From assembly GCA_020633555.1 (NCBI GenBank), contig JACKDL010000007.1:9368-73367 (forward strand): 64,000 nt of DNA, in the 5' to 3' direction. Below, one piece after another: positions 43,510 to 52,837 of this stretch; the stretch's first letter is position 1, and each line of letters begins with the position of its first letter. The notes under the pieces are model-generated. The model did no database searches and had not been told where the DNA came from. It was given only the letters and a program-made list of their open reading frames with translations. A program made the translations under genes and the position numbers. Source of the DNA: Myxococcales bacterium. Lineage in GTDB: Bacteria > Myxococcota_A > Bradymonadia > UBA7976 > UBA1532.

Positions 43510-45342
43510 GTGCCCGAGCGCCCCCCCAAGGATGACTTCGAGCGCGCCGGCGCGCGCCCGAAGGACCTGACCGACGCCGCGCTGCTCTCGGCGCTGGCGG
43601 CGGGCCTGTGCCAGGACGCCGGCGTGTCGCTCGAGGTCTACCCGGGCCCCTGGGCCTGGGACCCGGTGCGGCGGGTCATCCGCGTCAACGAGAAGGACCT
43701 GGAGACCCACGGGCCCGACTACTGCGCGGGGATATTGGCCAACGAGATCGGCCACTTCTACCTGACCCGCTACAGCCTGTTTCACACCGAGTTCCCCAGC
43801 GAGCTGGGGCGGGATCTGCTGTTCGAGGCCCTGGAGGATCCGCGGGTCGACGACTGGATGATGACCCGCTACCCGGGCATCGAGCGCTGGCACGACGAGG
43901 CCCACGGGCAGGTGGGGATGATCGATCCCGGCCTGCCGTACTTCCTGGTGTTCTGCCAGGGGGCCGCCGACGAGCAGCGGGCCATGTACGGGGTGGCCAC
44001 GCCGGTGGCCCACGCCCTGAACGACACCTGGCTGGCCCGGCGGCAGTACGCCGAGACCCTGCCGCCCACGGCGCTGGTGCAGACGGCCACCAAGAGCCTG
44101 CGGGCGCGCTACAAGCTGCAGGTCTGGCCGGCGCTGGTGACCCCGCGCTGGGTGCCGCCGGCCCACGAGCAGGCCATCCAGGTGTCGGCGGTCGAGGCGC
44201 TGCGCCTGGCCGAGCGCGAGATCCTGCCGGTGGCGGCCGAGCTCTACGAGCAGGACGTCGAGGCCATCGAGAAGTACCTGAACGACCGCCCCGAGCGGGC
44301 GGCGCGCGCCCGGCGGCTCATCGAGTCGGGCGAGGCCCGCGAGGTGCTCGTGCAGAGCCGGCACCACCCCGGCCGCCGGCCGCTCACCAGCCGGTGGGCC
44401 CACGACCTGGCCAAGGACGTGCTCGAGGCCATCCTGCGCGAGGGGCGCCCCCGGCGGCTCATCCGCGCCATCAGCGCCTGGCGCCCGGGGGGTGATCCCA
44501 GCGTCCTGCCCCCCCCGCCGCCGCCCGAGCTGCCGCCCCTGCACGTGGAGTGGCACGCCCCCAGCGACTACGACCGCGCCTACGCCAAGGTGGCCACCCA
44601 GGTGGAGCGGCTCACCCAGCACCTCGAGGAGCTGCTGCGGCCGAAGAAGCGCCTGAAGGAGCGCAGCGGCTACCCCAGCGGGCGGCACATCGATCTGAAG
44701 AAGCTCATGGCCTTCGAGGCCGATCCCCGCCGCTACGACGAGCTGTGGGTGCGCAGCACCATCCCCGATCGCCGCGACGTGGCCATGACCCTGCTGGTGG
44801 ATCTTTCGGGCTCCATGAGCGGCGAGAAGGTGCAGGCGGCGCTGCTGGGCACGATCCTGCTGGCCGAGACCCTGGCGGCGCTGGACGTGGCCTTCGCGGT
44901 CACCGGCTTCCAGGACGTGCTCATCGAGCTGAAGGGCTTCGACCAGCATTTCGACGACGCCGCCCGGCAGGCCATCGCCGAGATCCCCCAGGAGGTCAGC
45001 GGCTGCCGTCACGGGGGCAACAACCAGCCGGGCTACAACGACGACGGCCCGTGTCTGATGGAGTGCGCCGTGGATCTGCTGGCCCAGCCCGCCACCGAGC
45101 GGGTGCTCATCGTGGTCAGCGACGGCCTGCCCGAGGGGGTGCGCAGCACCCGCGAGGACCTGCGCCGCACCATCGGCAAGCTGACCCAGCCGGGCATCAA
45201 CCTGGAGCTCATCGGCTTGGGCCTGGGGCCCGGCACCGGCCACGTGACGCAGTACTACCCGGAGTCGGTGGCCAACGTGGCGGTGGCCCGCTTCGCCGAC
45301 GAGATCGCGCGGCTCATCGAGCGCGTGCTCGTGGGCGCCTGA
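43510..45342 (+). CDS. VWA domain protein (CobT/NorD-like partner of the AAA+ ATPase)
   Basis: MIDAS DLSGS, VVSDG; N-terminal NEIGH...EALEDPRVD region. Confidence 0.85.
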   Translation: MPERPPKDDFERAGARPKDLTDAALLSALAAGLCQDAGVSLEVYPGPWAWDPVRRVIRVNEKDLETHGPDYCAGILANEIGHFYLTRYSLFHTEFPSELGRDLLFEALEDPRVDDWMMTRYPGIERWHDEAHGQVGMIDPGLPYFLVFCQGAADEQRAMYGVATPVAHALNDTWLARRQYAETLPPTALVQTATKSLRARYKLQVWPALVTPRWVPPAHEQAIQVSAVEALRLAEREILPVAAELYEQDVEAIEKYLNDRPERAARARRLIESGEAREVLVQSRHHPGRRPLTSRWAHDLAKDVLEAILREGRPRRLIRAISAWRPGGDPSVLPPPPPPELPPLHVEWHAPSDYDRAYAKVATQVERLTQHLEELLRPKKRLKERSGYPSGRHIDLKKLMAFEADPRRYDELWVRSTIPDRRDVAMTLLVDLSGSMSGEKVQAALLGTILLAETLAALDVAFAVTGFQDVLIELKGFDQHFDDAARQAIAEIPQEVSGCRHGGNNQPGYNDDGPCLMECAVDLLAQPATERVLIVVSDGLPEGVRSTREDLRRTIGKLTQPGINLELIGLGLGPGTGHVTQYYPESVANVAVARFADEIARLIERVLVGA

Positions 45343-45520
45343 TCGTCTGTCACGTTCAAGTTGGGCCTGTTCCACTGGCCCAGGCGACCGCGTCCTGCGT
45401 TGCGCCTCCTCGACGGACCACCAGTACGCTTGCGTCGGCGCGCCTTGATCGCGGCCGCCTGGTCGGCGCGGCTCAGGCTCAACCCGAACGTGACACCCGA
45501 TGGCGGGGCGCAGGAAAGTC
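45337..45520 (-). ncRNA. Candidate structured ncRNA (long rod with central bubble, 6S-like)
   Basis: Arms 45342-45369 and 45474-45501 are inverted repeats; inner stem 45380-45392 / 45450-45462. The minus strand gains more G-U pairs. Family not confirmed. Confidence 0.45.
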
Positions 45521-45585
45521 CCGGGGCTTACCCCGGTGGGCCGCGGCGACGAACTGGGGGAGTCATATTTCCTCAGTGAGATGAA

Positions 45586-46683
45586 ATGCGTCGCCTCGCC
45601 CTGCCCGCCCTGCTTGCCCTGTGCCCCCTTGTCGGTCAGGGGGCCACGCCCACCGCACCGCCGCCGGCCGCGTCCCCGTCCAGCTTCCTGCGGCCCGCCC
45701 ACTTCGCCCGGCCCATGGTGGCCAGCCCGCACAGCTACATGACCAAGGTGCAGCTCGGGTACAGCCAGATCCTGCAGGAGTTCAACATCGCCGCCACCGA
45801 GAGCGACGATCCGCGCAGCTTCAAGCTGTTCATCGACGCCCACCTGGGGGCCGACATCCCGCTGTGGGCCATGGATCTGCACGACGCCCAGGGACGCCCC
45901 ACCTGGAGCTTCGCCGTGTCGGCGCCGCTGAGCATGCACGTGCTCGAGGACATGTTCGAGGCGCTCACCGCGCCGGTGATCAGCACCGACTACCGGTTCG
46001 GGGCGCCGCTCATCCGGGCCATCCGGCGGTTCCACGGGGGGGGCTGGCTGCGCAACGTGGCGGCGGCCTGGCTGCCGCTCTACCACGAGTGCACCCACCT
46101 GGGGGACGAGATCACCATCTACCGCAAGGACGTGGCGCTCCCCATCACCCGCATCAACGTCTCGTACGAGTACACCCAGCTCGAGCTGACGCTGAACGAC
46201 GCGGACGGGCGGCGGGAGAGCGGCCACAGCTTCCGGCTGGGCACCCTGATGCGCCTGAGCGACCGGGATCTGGGGTGGTACGGCGTGGAGCTCGAGGGCA
46301 CCACCAGCGACGGCCTGGCTTTGCCTCAGAACGAGACCCGGTTCGAGTTCTGGGCCGCCTGGCAGTGGCAGCGCGCCGACGGCCTGGCGGCCAGCCCGGA
46401 CGCCATGAACGTGCTCTCCGTCGAGGTGCGCAACCGCCCGCAGTACGGGGTGCCGACCTTCAAGAAGGGCGAGGACGGCGCGTGGGAGCCGCTGCACCAG
46501 GACGAGGTGCGGCGGACCGGCATCAGCGCCTACTGGGGGTGGCGGTTCACGCCCGAGACCGACGCCCACCAGTCCGTGGGCCTGTACCTGCACGCCTACG
46601 CGGGGGTGAACCCCTACGGCCAGCTCCGCAGCATGTACCCGTATCGGTTCTTCGGGATCACCCTGGCCCACGAGCCCTGGTAG
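45586..46683 (+). CDS. Secreted hypothetical protein, DUF1207-like (possible outer-membrane beta-barrel)
   Basis: Signal peptide; YHECTHLGDE motif; alternating aromatic beta strands; terminal W. Confidence 0.55.
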   Translation: MRRLALPALLALCPLVGQGATPTAPPPAASPSSFLRPAHFARPMVASPHSYMTKVQLGYSQILQEFNIAATESDDPRSFKLFIDAHLGADIPLWAMDLHDAQGRPTWSFAVSAPLSMHVLEDMFEALTAPVISTDYRFGAPLIRAIRRFHGGGWLRNVAAAWLPLYHECTHLGDEITIYRKDVALPITRINVSYEYTQLELTLNDADGRRESGHSFRLGTLMRLSDRDLGWYGVELEGTTSDGLALPQNETRFEFWAAWQWQRADGLAASPDAMNVLSVEVRNRPQYGVPTFKKGEDGAWEPLHQDEVRRTGISAYWGWRFTPETDAHQSVGLYLHAYAGVNPYGQLRSMYPYRFFGITLAHEPW

Positions 46684-46704
46684 GGCCGGCGCCGGGCGGC
46701 GCGC

Positions 46705-47784
46705 TCACTCGGGCGGGCCGGGCAGGTTCTCTTCCGTGTCGCCGATGGGGAAGGCGTGGAAGTCGGCCACGCGGCCCACCAGGTCGGGGCAGTCGATGAA
46801 GGGGTTGCGGTTGCCCTGGATGGCCTGGATGGCGTCGTTGCGGGCGCGCTCGTAGTCGTCCACCGGATCCATCGCGTGCCAGCGCTTCAGGGTCTCCTCT
46901 TCCCAGTCCACGATGTCGCCGCCCCAGCGGGCCGCGAAGTACAGCACCACCCGGGCCACGTCGCCCTTGCGGGCATCACGGGGCTCGAAGACGTTCTGGC
47001 CGTTGGCCGCGCGGCCCATGCGGGCCGGCAGGCAGTCCAGGTTCAGCCCGTCCACCGGCACCCCGAAGTGGAACGAGCCCCGCAGGCTGTTGCACATGTT
47101 CACGGTGGGCAGCAGGTGGTGGATGTCGCTCTGCTGGTGCTCGTAGAGCCGCCCGCCCTCGTCCACCATCCGCGAGCGCGGCCAGGTGTGCTCGCAGTTG
47201 ATGATGGCGCTGTCCGGCTCGACGCCCTCTTCGCCGGGGAAGAACCGCCCGGTGTAGGCGCACTCGTGACCCCAGCGGCCGTCCACCTCGCGGAACTCCA
47301 CCTCGGTGAACATCCGGAAGCGGGCGGTGGTGTAGCGGTCGAGGTTGCCGCCCAGGTTGGGCATCACCTCGATGGGCACGTAGGTGGTCCGCAGCTCGGC
47401 GTGCAGGGCGTCGAGCAGCGCCTGATCCTGCAGGCCGTCGAAGGCCGCACAGCCGGGCGCAACCCCCTGATCGGCCGCGCCCATGTCGGCGTGGCCCTGA
47501 TCGGCGAGCATGTCCCCGGCGAGCATGTCCCCCGGGCCCTGATCGGCCGGCGCCATGTCCCCGGGCCCCTCGTCGGGCCCGGTCATGTCGGCGAGGCCCC
47601 GGTCGACCGCGCGCATGTCCGGCGGGCCCTGATCGGGACCGGCGTCGGTGGGTGACCCGTCGGGGCCGAGATCCAGGGCGGCGTCGCCCCCCTGATCGGC
47701 CTGCTGGGCGGGGGTGGGATCGCCCTCGTCGTCACAGGCGACGAAGGGCAGGGCGAGCAGCAGCGGCAAGGCGAGGCGGCGCAT
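46705..47784 (-). CDS. Endonuclease I family lipoprotein
   Basis: Lipobox FVAC; NCEHTWPRS, SDIHHLLP, FEPRDARKGDVAR, RNDAIQAIQGNRNPFID. Confidence 0.88.
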   Translation of the reverse strand: MRRLALPLLLALPFVACDDEGDPTPAQQADQGGDAALDLGPDGSPTDAGPDQGPPDMRAVDRGLADMTGPDEGPGDMAPADQGPGDMLAGDMLADQGHADMGAADQGVAPGCAAFDGLQDQALLDALHAELRTTYVPIEVMPNLGGNLDRYTTARFRMFTEVEFREVDGRWGHECAYTGRFFPGEEGVEPDSAIINCEHTWPRSRMVDEGGRLYEHQQSDIHHLLPTVNMCNSLRGSFHFGVPVDGLNLDCLPARMGRAANGQNVFEPRDARKGDVARVVLYFAARWGGDIVDWEEETLKRWHAMDPVDDYERARNDAIQAIQGNRNPFIDCPDLVGRVADFHAFPIGDTEENLPGPPE

Positions 47785-47824
47785 GGCGCGCACCATACGC
47801 AGGCGGCCGATCCGATGCCACCAG

Positions 47825-48370
47825 CTACAGCCGCTCGGTGCGCCGCCGCGCCAGGGCCAGGGCGAAGCGCAGCTCGTGCTTCACCGACGGGCTGAGGTCC
47901 TTGGCGATCAGCCAGCCCTCGAGCAGGTCGATGGCGGCCTCGCCCCCCAGCTCGCCCACGGTATTCGCCAGGGCGATGCGCACCGGATCGCTGGCCTGCT
48001 CGAAGCGCACGGCCTTGGCCAGCGTGCCCACCAGGTGCCGGGCGCGGGTGCTTGCGATGGCCTCGATGAGCGCCGGGGGCTGCACGTCCACCAGCGCCAC
48101 GATGGCCGCCCGGGCGAACATGCTGCCCTGGCGCGCGGCCTCGGCCTGGCACGACGCCGCCAGGATCTCGGCGCGGGGATCGCCCTCGCGGGTCCACTCG
48201 TCGAGCAGCCGCGCCGTGCGCCGGATGGCCGAGGGCGTCCAGGTGCCCAGCGGGGTGGGGACGCTGGGCTCCTCCACGGCGCTGGCGTCGGGATCGAGGG
48301 GCTTCGGCTCCGCGCCAAACGGGCTGCGCACGTAGGGGGTGGACCAGTCCTCGGACGAGTCGATGAGCAT
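47825..48370 (-). CDS. Hypothetical HEAT-repeat-like protein
   Basis: Amphipathic helical repeats (VRIALANTVGELGG); GGGAG RBS. Confidence 0.55.
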   Translation of the reverse strand: MLIDSSEDWSTPYVRSPFGAEPKPLDPDASAVEEPSVPTPLGTWTPSAIRRTARLLDEWTREGDPRAEILAASCQAEAARQGSMFARAAIVALVDVQPPALIEAIASTRARHLVGTLAKAVRFEQASDPVRIALANTVGELGGEAAIDLLEGWLIAKDLSPSVKHELRFALALARRRTERL

Positions 48371-48579
48371 CGCGAACTCCCTGGAACGACTGCGGTTTTG
48401 CGTCGCGGGTCACCCTGACCACGCATCGAACATTTTACTGAACGCTTGAGCAGTTTTCTACTTTTTGCGGGGCGAATCCGCAGGTGCCCGAAAGCACTGG
48501 TGATCTGCCAGAGCGGGTGGCGGGGTCGGGGCAGGGTGGGGGGCCCGTGGGCGGGGCGCAGGGTTTGGGAGGGGCCGGG

Positions 48580-51500
48580 CTAGCGGGCCGGGCGGCGGCG
48601 CTCGGCGAACCACTTGCGGTACTTCGCCATCTTCTGCCGCTGTGCGGCGGGGGCCTGCCGGGCGCAGGCGGCGGCCTCGGGGCTGCCGGCGGGCGCCCCC
48701 CAGCGCAGCTCCACGCAGTCGTTGGGGTTGTACGCCATCTCCAGGGCGTGCCGGCGGGCCACCACCTGGGCCAGCGTCAGCGTGACGGGCTGGCCGGCGC
48801 TGTTGGTGTACTGCACCGTGCGCTCGCCCAGGGCGACGTCGCGGGCGGCGGCCACCTGCGCCACCACCCCCTCGGCCTCGGCGGCCGCCAGGTCGAAGCG
48901 CGCGGGGTTGCGCCGCACGCTGTCGGCGAAGTCCAGCACGGTGTGGATCGAGATCAGCAGGCGCAGGTCCCGGCTGGGCGTGCTGAAGTCCTCCCACGGG
49001 CCGGCGGTGAGGAAGATGTTGGCGCCGTCGGGCATGTCGATGGGCCGGTGGGCCCGCTCGCGCATGAAGGCCTCGCCGTTGTCCACGGCCTGCACCCGGC
49101 GCTTCACCACCTCGTGCAGGGCCTCCACCAGGGCCGCCTGCCGGGCGAAGGGATCCAGGGGGCGCGGGTTCATCAGCGCTTCCATGCGGTCGTAGAAGTC
49201 GCTGGCGCTGCCCGCATACTGATCCTCGCTGTAGGGCGGGAAGTTGCGGGTCTCTTGCAGGTAGGCGTTGTCCCGGGCCACCACGGCGCCGCCCTTCTCG
49301 GCGTACACCGGCCGCCAGCCCTTGAAGCCGGCGCCCACGTCGCGGGTGTCGGGGGTGAACAGGAAGCTGCCCTGCCAGAAGCGGCGGCGGCCGATGGTGC
49401 CGTCGGGCTGGGCGTCGGCGGCCATGAGCAGCCCGGGCTCGGTGGCCCCCTGCGGCACCCAGCCGGTGACCACCAGCAGGTGGCCGTAGGGATCGGCGAA
49501 GGTCACCCCGGGGCGGATGGCCTCGCGGGTCATGGGCAGCGGGTAGGTGTCGGCGGCCTCGTCCTGCGGCCGGGTGCGGGCGGTGCTGGAGTGCACCGCG
49601 CTCTTCACGTCGCGCTTGATGAAGGCCGCCGCCGCCTGCACGGGATCGGCGGCCCGCGGCGCCTTCGCCTGACTCATCAGCTCACCGCACTTCGGCGCCC
49701 GCCCGTCACGGCCCCGCGAGCAGCTCCGGAAGCCGAAGGGCAGGCCCAGCTTCCAGGCGAAGTAGGCCCGCAGGTAGTAGGGCAGATCGGCGCAGTCGGG
49801 CTGCAGCCGCACGGCCTCGTCCTCGCCCACCGACAGGTGGCCGTACAGCAGGTTGCGCTCGGGATCCGCCAGCAGGGTGTGCAGGTTGGTCCAGGTGCGG
49901 TCATCGTCCAGCGGGTAGTCGAACAGGCGCGCCACGAAGGCCGAGAACAGCGCCTCGGTCTGGGGCCCCCACTGATCGCGCACGGCCCACACGCCGCCGT
50001 CGGCGGCGGGCAGGGGTTTGGGGCTGCGGTCCACGGTGATGCGGTCGCAGGCCAGGATCCGGTCGCCGTCGCCCCACACCGCCGTCCACCGGCCCGCCAT
50101 GGGCTCGGGCACCGTGGCGCTGAGGCTGTAGGGCGGCCCTGGCATGCGGTGCAGCGCCGGGCGGTGGGCCTCACCGGTGGGATCCACCAGCAGCAGCTCC
50201 ACCGGGCCCGGGGGCGCCATGGGGGCCGCCACCAGCCGCAGGGGCTGACCCGTGTGCGGGCTGTGCGGGCCCACCAGGGTGGGGAAGTCGCGCCCGCCGC
50301 CGCGGCAGCTCGTGGGCAGGGCCACGGGGGCCGCCGGCCGCTCGGTGGCCAGGCCCATCAGCCCGGGGCCGGGATCGCCCCCCAGCACCGCGATGTGGGT
50401 GATGCGCTCGATGAAGGCCCGCCGCGAGGTGCCGCGGCCCAGGGTCAGGTCGCTCACGGTCACCCGGTGCACGCGCCGCAGGGTCTCGCCCTTCGGGTTG
50501 CGGGTGGCCACGCCCTCGGGGCACGGCTCCAGGTACTCGGCGAAGCTGTGGAAGGCCATGGGCGCGCCCGCCTGGTCGCGGCCCAGGTACAGCATGATGT
50601 GGCCGGGGAAGTGCAGCAGCACCACGCCCCGGGCCTGGGCGGCGTCGATGAGCCGCTGCTTGGCGGCGGCGTCCGTGACGGCGGCCACGTCGAGCACGAA
50701 GCTGGCCACGTGGGGCTGGTGGCCGCTGTAGCGGGGCAGGGCCAGCCCGAACCGCGCGAACAGGTCCAGCAGCAGCCGCGAGCAGTCCCGCCCTCCGTCC
50801 TGGCCGCCCCAGCCGTAGGGGGCGTCGAGCCAGCCGAAGGCGGCCTCCAGCAGCGCCCGCCGGGTGAGGGGGCGGGCGGTGGGCACCAGGCCGGCCGGCG
50901 CGGGCACGAGCTGCAGCCCTTGGGGCGTCGCCACCCAGGCGCGCTCGCCCTGCAGCGCCACCTGGCGGCCGGCGGGCACGGTCACCCCAGCCAGGGTCAG
51001 GGGCGCCTCGGTGTGGGCCCGCGGCGCCGCCAGGAAGGCCGCGCCCTCGGCGCCCAGGGGCGGTGACAGCGCGGCATCGGCGCCGATCCAGCCCAGGGCG
51101 TAGCGGCTGCGCACCACCAGCCGGTCGCCCGGCCAGGCCCCCAGCACCTCCACGGGCTCCTGGGGGTGCACCGTGCTGCAGTTGTTGCGGTCGAAGGCCG
51201 GATCGGGGGTCGGCCCCTTGAACAGGCTGCCCGCCGAGGGCCCACAGCGCAGCGGCAGGGCCGCCAGCGCCACCCGCAGCTCGGGACGGCGGGGCGTCCA
51301 GCCGGGGGGCACCGCGTACAAGGCCGCCTCGGCCCCCGTCAGCCGCGACCCGTCCCGCGCCACGTACTTGCCCGCGTCGATCTGGGCCTTCATCCAGGCG
51401 AGGCGATCCGCCAGCAGGCCCGTCAGCGCCTCGGGGGCCAGCGGCACGTCCAGGCTGTCCTCGACCCGGCCCTCGGGGCCGTGCGGTCGGGCTGCGGCCG

Positions 51501-51792
51501 CGGCGTTCAGCCGCTGCACGGCTGCCGGATCCAGCAGCGTGGCGTCCAGGTCGTGCCGGGCGCCCAGGGCCTCGACCCAGTAGGCCAGGGTGCGGTGCGC
51601 CGGCGTGATCCCCGGCAGCGGGGTGGGGGCCTGGGCCTCCTCGGGGCAGGGATCGGGCGGCGCCTCGCTGGCAGGCGCGGCGGCGGGGGCGGGCGCGCGA
51701 TCGGGCGCCGGGGCCTCCTCGGGGCCAGGGCCACAGGCCCACAGGGCCCCCAGCAGGGGCAGGAACAGCGACAGCGGCTTGGGGCGGATCAT
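48580..51792 (-). CDS. Large lipoprotein: SH3 + NlpC/P60 domain, plus a second putative Cys-His catalytic domain
   Basis: Lipobox LWAC; FDRNNCS...GWI SH3-like region; YGWGG...DCSRL...GHIMLYLG; later DCADLPY...YGHLLVV. Confidence 0.8.
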   Translation of the reverse strand: MIRPKPLSLFLPLLGALWACGPGPEEAPAPDRAPAPAAAPASEAPPDPCPEEAQAPTPLPGITPAHRTLAYWVEALGARHDLDATLLDPAAVQRLNAAAAARPHGPEGRVEDSLDVPLAPEALTGLLADRLAWMKAQIDAGKYVARDGSRLTGAEAALYAVPPGWTPRRPELRVALAALPLRCGPSAGSLFKGPTPDPAFDRNNCSTVHPQEPVEVLGAWPGDRLVVRSRYALGWIGADAALSPPLGAEGAAFLAAPRAHTEAPLTLAGVTVPAGRQVALQGERAWVATPQGLQLVPAPAGLVPTARPLTRRALLEAAFGWLDAPYGWGGQDGGRDCSRLLLDLFARFGLALPRYSGHQPHVASFVLDVAAVTDAAAKQRLIDAAQARGVVLLHFPGHIMLYLGRDQAGAPMAFHSFAEYLEPCPEGVATRNPKGETLRRVHRVTVSDLTLGRGTSRRAFIERITHIAVLGGDPGPGLMGLATERPAAPVALPTSCRGGGRDFPTLVGPHSPHTGQPLRLVAAPMAPPGPVELLLVDPTGEAHRPALHRMPGPPYSLSATVPEPMAGRWTAVWGDGDRILACDRITVDRSPKPLPAADGGVWAVRDQWGPQTEALFSAFVARLFDYPLDDDRTWTNLHTLLADPERNLLYGHLSVGEDEAVRLQPDCADLPYYLRAYFAWKLGLPFGFRSCSRGRDGRAPKCGELMSQAKAPRAADPVQAAAAFIKRDVKSAVHSSTARTRPQDEAADTYPLPMTREAIRPGVTFADPYGHLLVVTGWVPQGATEPGLLMAADAQPDGTIGRRRFWQGSFLFTPDTRDVGAGFKGWRPVYAEKGGAVVARDNAYLQETRNFPPYSEDQYAGSASDFYDRMEALMNPRPLDPFARQAALVEALHEVVKRRVQAVDNGEAFMRERAHRPIDMPDGANIFLTAGPWEDFSTPSRDLRLLISIHTVLDFADSVRRNPARFDLAAAEAEGVVAQVAAARDVALGERTVQYTNSAGQPVTLTLAQVVARRHALEMAYNPNDCVELRWGAPAGSPEAAACARQAPAAQRQKMAKYRKWFAERRRPAR

Positions 51793-52451
51793 CGCGGGCC
51801 TTCTACCACGCCCAGCACCCGCTGCCCGAACTCATGCAGGCTGCCCAGCCGCCAGTCGGCCAGCGTGAAGCGGGGATCGCCGCGGTGCTCGGGGGCGGGC
51901 ACCACCGCCGCGGCCATGCGGGCGGCCTTCGCCGCCACGAGCCCCGTCAGCGAGTCCTCCACAGCCAGACAGGCCGTGGCCGGCACCCCCAGCCGGGCCG
52001 CCGCGGTCAGGTACACGGCCGGGTGGGGCTTGCCCAGCGGCTCGTCCTGCGCCGAGTGCCAGAAGGCCACGCGGGTGTGCAGGTCCAGGGCGCGCAGGCA
52101 GGCGGGCACCAGCCGGCGTGGGGCGCTCGTGGCCACCGCCACGGGCAGGCCCGCCGCGCGGGCGACGTCCACGGCCTCCAGGGCCCCCGGCATGGGCACC
52201 GCCTCCCGGGCCACCAGGGCCAGCATCTCGTCCACGATGGCCTCCGCCACCGCCTCGTCCGCCGGGCCCGCCCAGGGCTGGCGGGCGCGCCAGAAGGCCA
52301 CCACGTCGTCCAGCCGCAGCCCCATGGTCTGAGCGCAGTCGGCCTCGGTCAGGGCCACGCCCAGGGCGCCGAACACCCGCACCTCGGCGCGGCGCCACAG
52401 CGGCTCGGAGTCGATGAGCAGGCCGTCCAGATCGAAGAGCACCCCGTGCAT
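51789..52451 (-). CDS. HAD family phosphatase (HxpB/YniC-like)
   Basis: FDLDGLLIDSE, ATSA, GKPHPAVY, VEDS. Confidence 0.9.
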   Translation of the reverse strand: MHGVLFDLDGLLIDSEPLWRRAEVRVFGALGVALTEADCAQTMGLRLDDVVAFWRARQPWAGPADEAVAEAIVDEMLALVAREAVPMPGALEAVDVARAAGLPVAVATSAPRRLVPACLRALDLHTRVAFWHSAQDEPLGKPHPAVYLTAAARLGVPATACLAVEDSLTGLVAAKAARMAAAVVPAPEHRGDPRFTLADWRLGSLHEFGQRVLGVVEGPR

Positions 52452-52495
52452 CACCCACGCCTCCCTGGGCATCCTGCCCTCTGCTGTGCCCGGAG

Positions 52496-52837
52496 GTGCC
52501 TGTGGACCGCAACCCGCCCCTGGATCGCAAGCCCGTGGTCATCTTCTCCAGCCTGAACCTGGCCGAGGCCCACCTGGTGCACCAGGCCCTGCGCCAGGCC
52601 CGCCTGAAGGCCACCCTGCGCAACGCCCTGAGGGCGCCCCTGATGGGCGAGATCCCCGCCGACGACGCCCGCGCCGAGGTGACGGTTGCGCCCGAAGACG
52701 AGGCGGCCGCCCAGGCGGTCATCGCCGCGCTCGAGGCGCAGGGGCAGGGCGACGAGTGGGCCTGCCGTGACTGCGGCGAGGCCAACCCGGCCAGCTTCGA
52801 GATCTGCTGGCAGTGCGGGCGCGCTCACGTGCCTTGA
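52496..52837 (+). CDS. DUF2007-like protein with C-terminal RanBP2-type zinc finger
   Basis: NLAEAHLV...L; WACRDCGEANPASFEICWQCG. Confidence 0.8.
   Translation: MPVDRNPPLDRKPVVIFSSLNLAEAHLVHQALRQARLKATLRNALRAPLMGEIPADDARAEVTVAPEDEAAAQAVIAALEAQGQGDEWACRDCGEANPASFEICWQCGRAHVP

Noticed and set aside
45508-45530. CAGGAAAGTCC resembling the RNase P RNA motif GAGGAAAGTCC
   Set aside because: Only about 65 nt remain before a good CDS, and no matching 3' conserved region of rnpB is visible.
48380-48425. GACGCAAAAC on the minus strand resembling a c-di-GMP-I riboswitch junction
   Set aside because: The upstream GGCAAAC/GNRA stem and the downstream receptor stem are absent.
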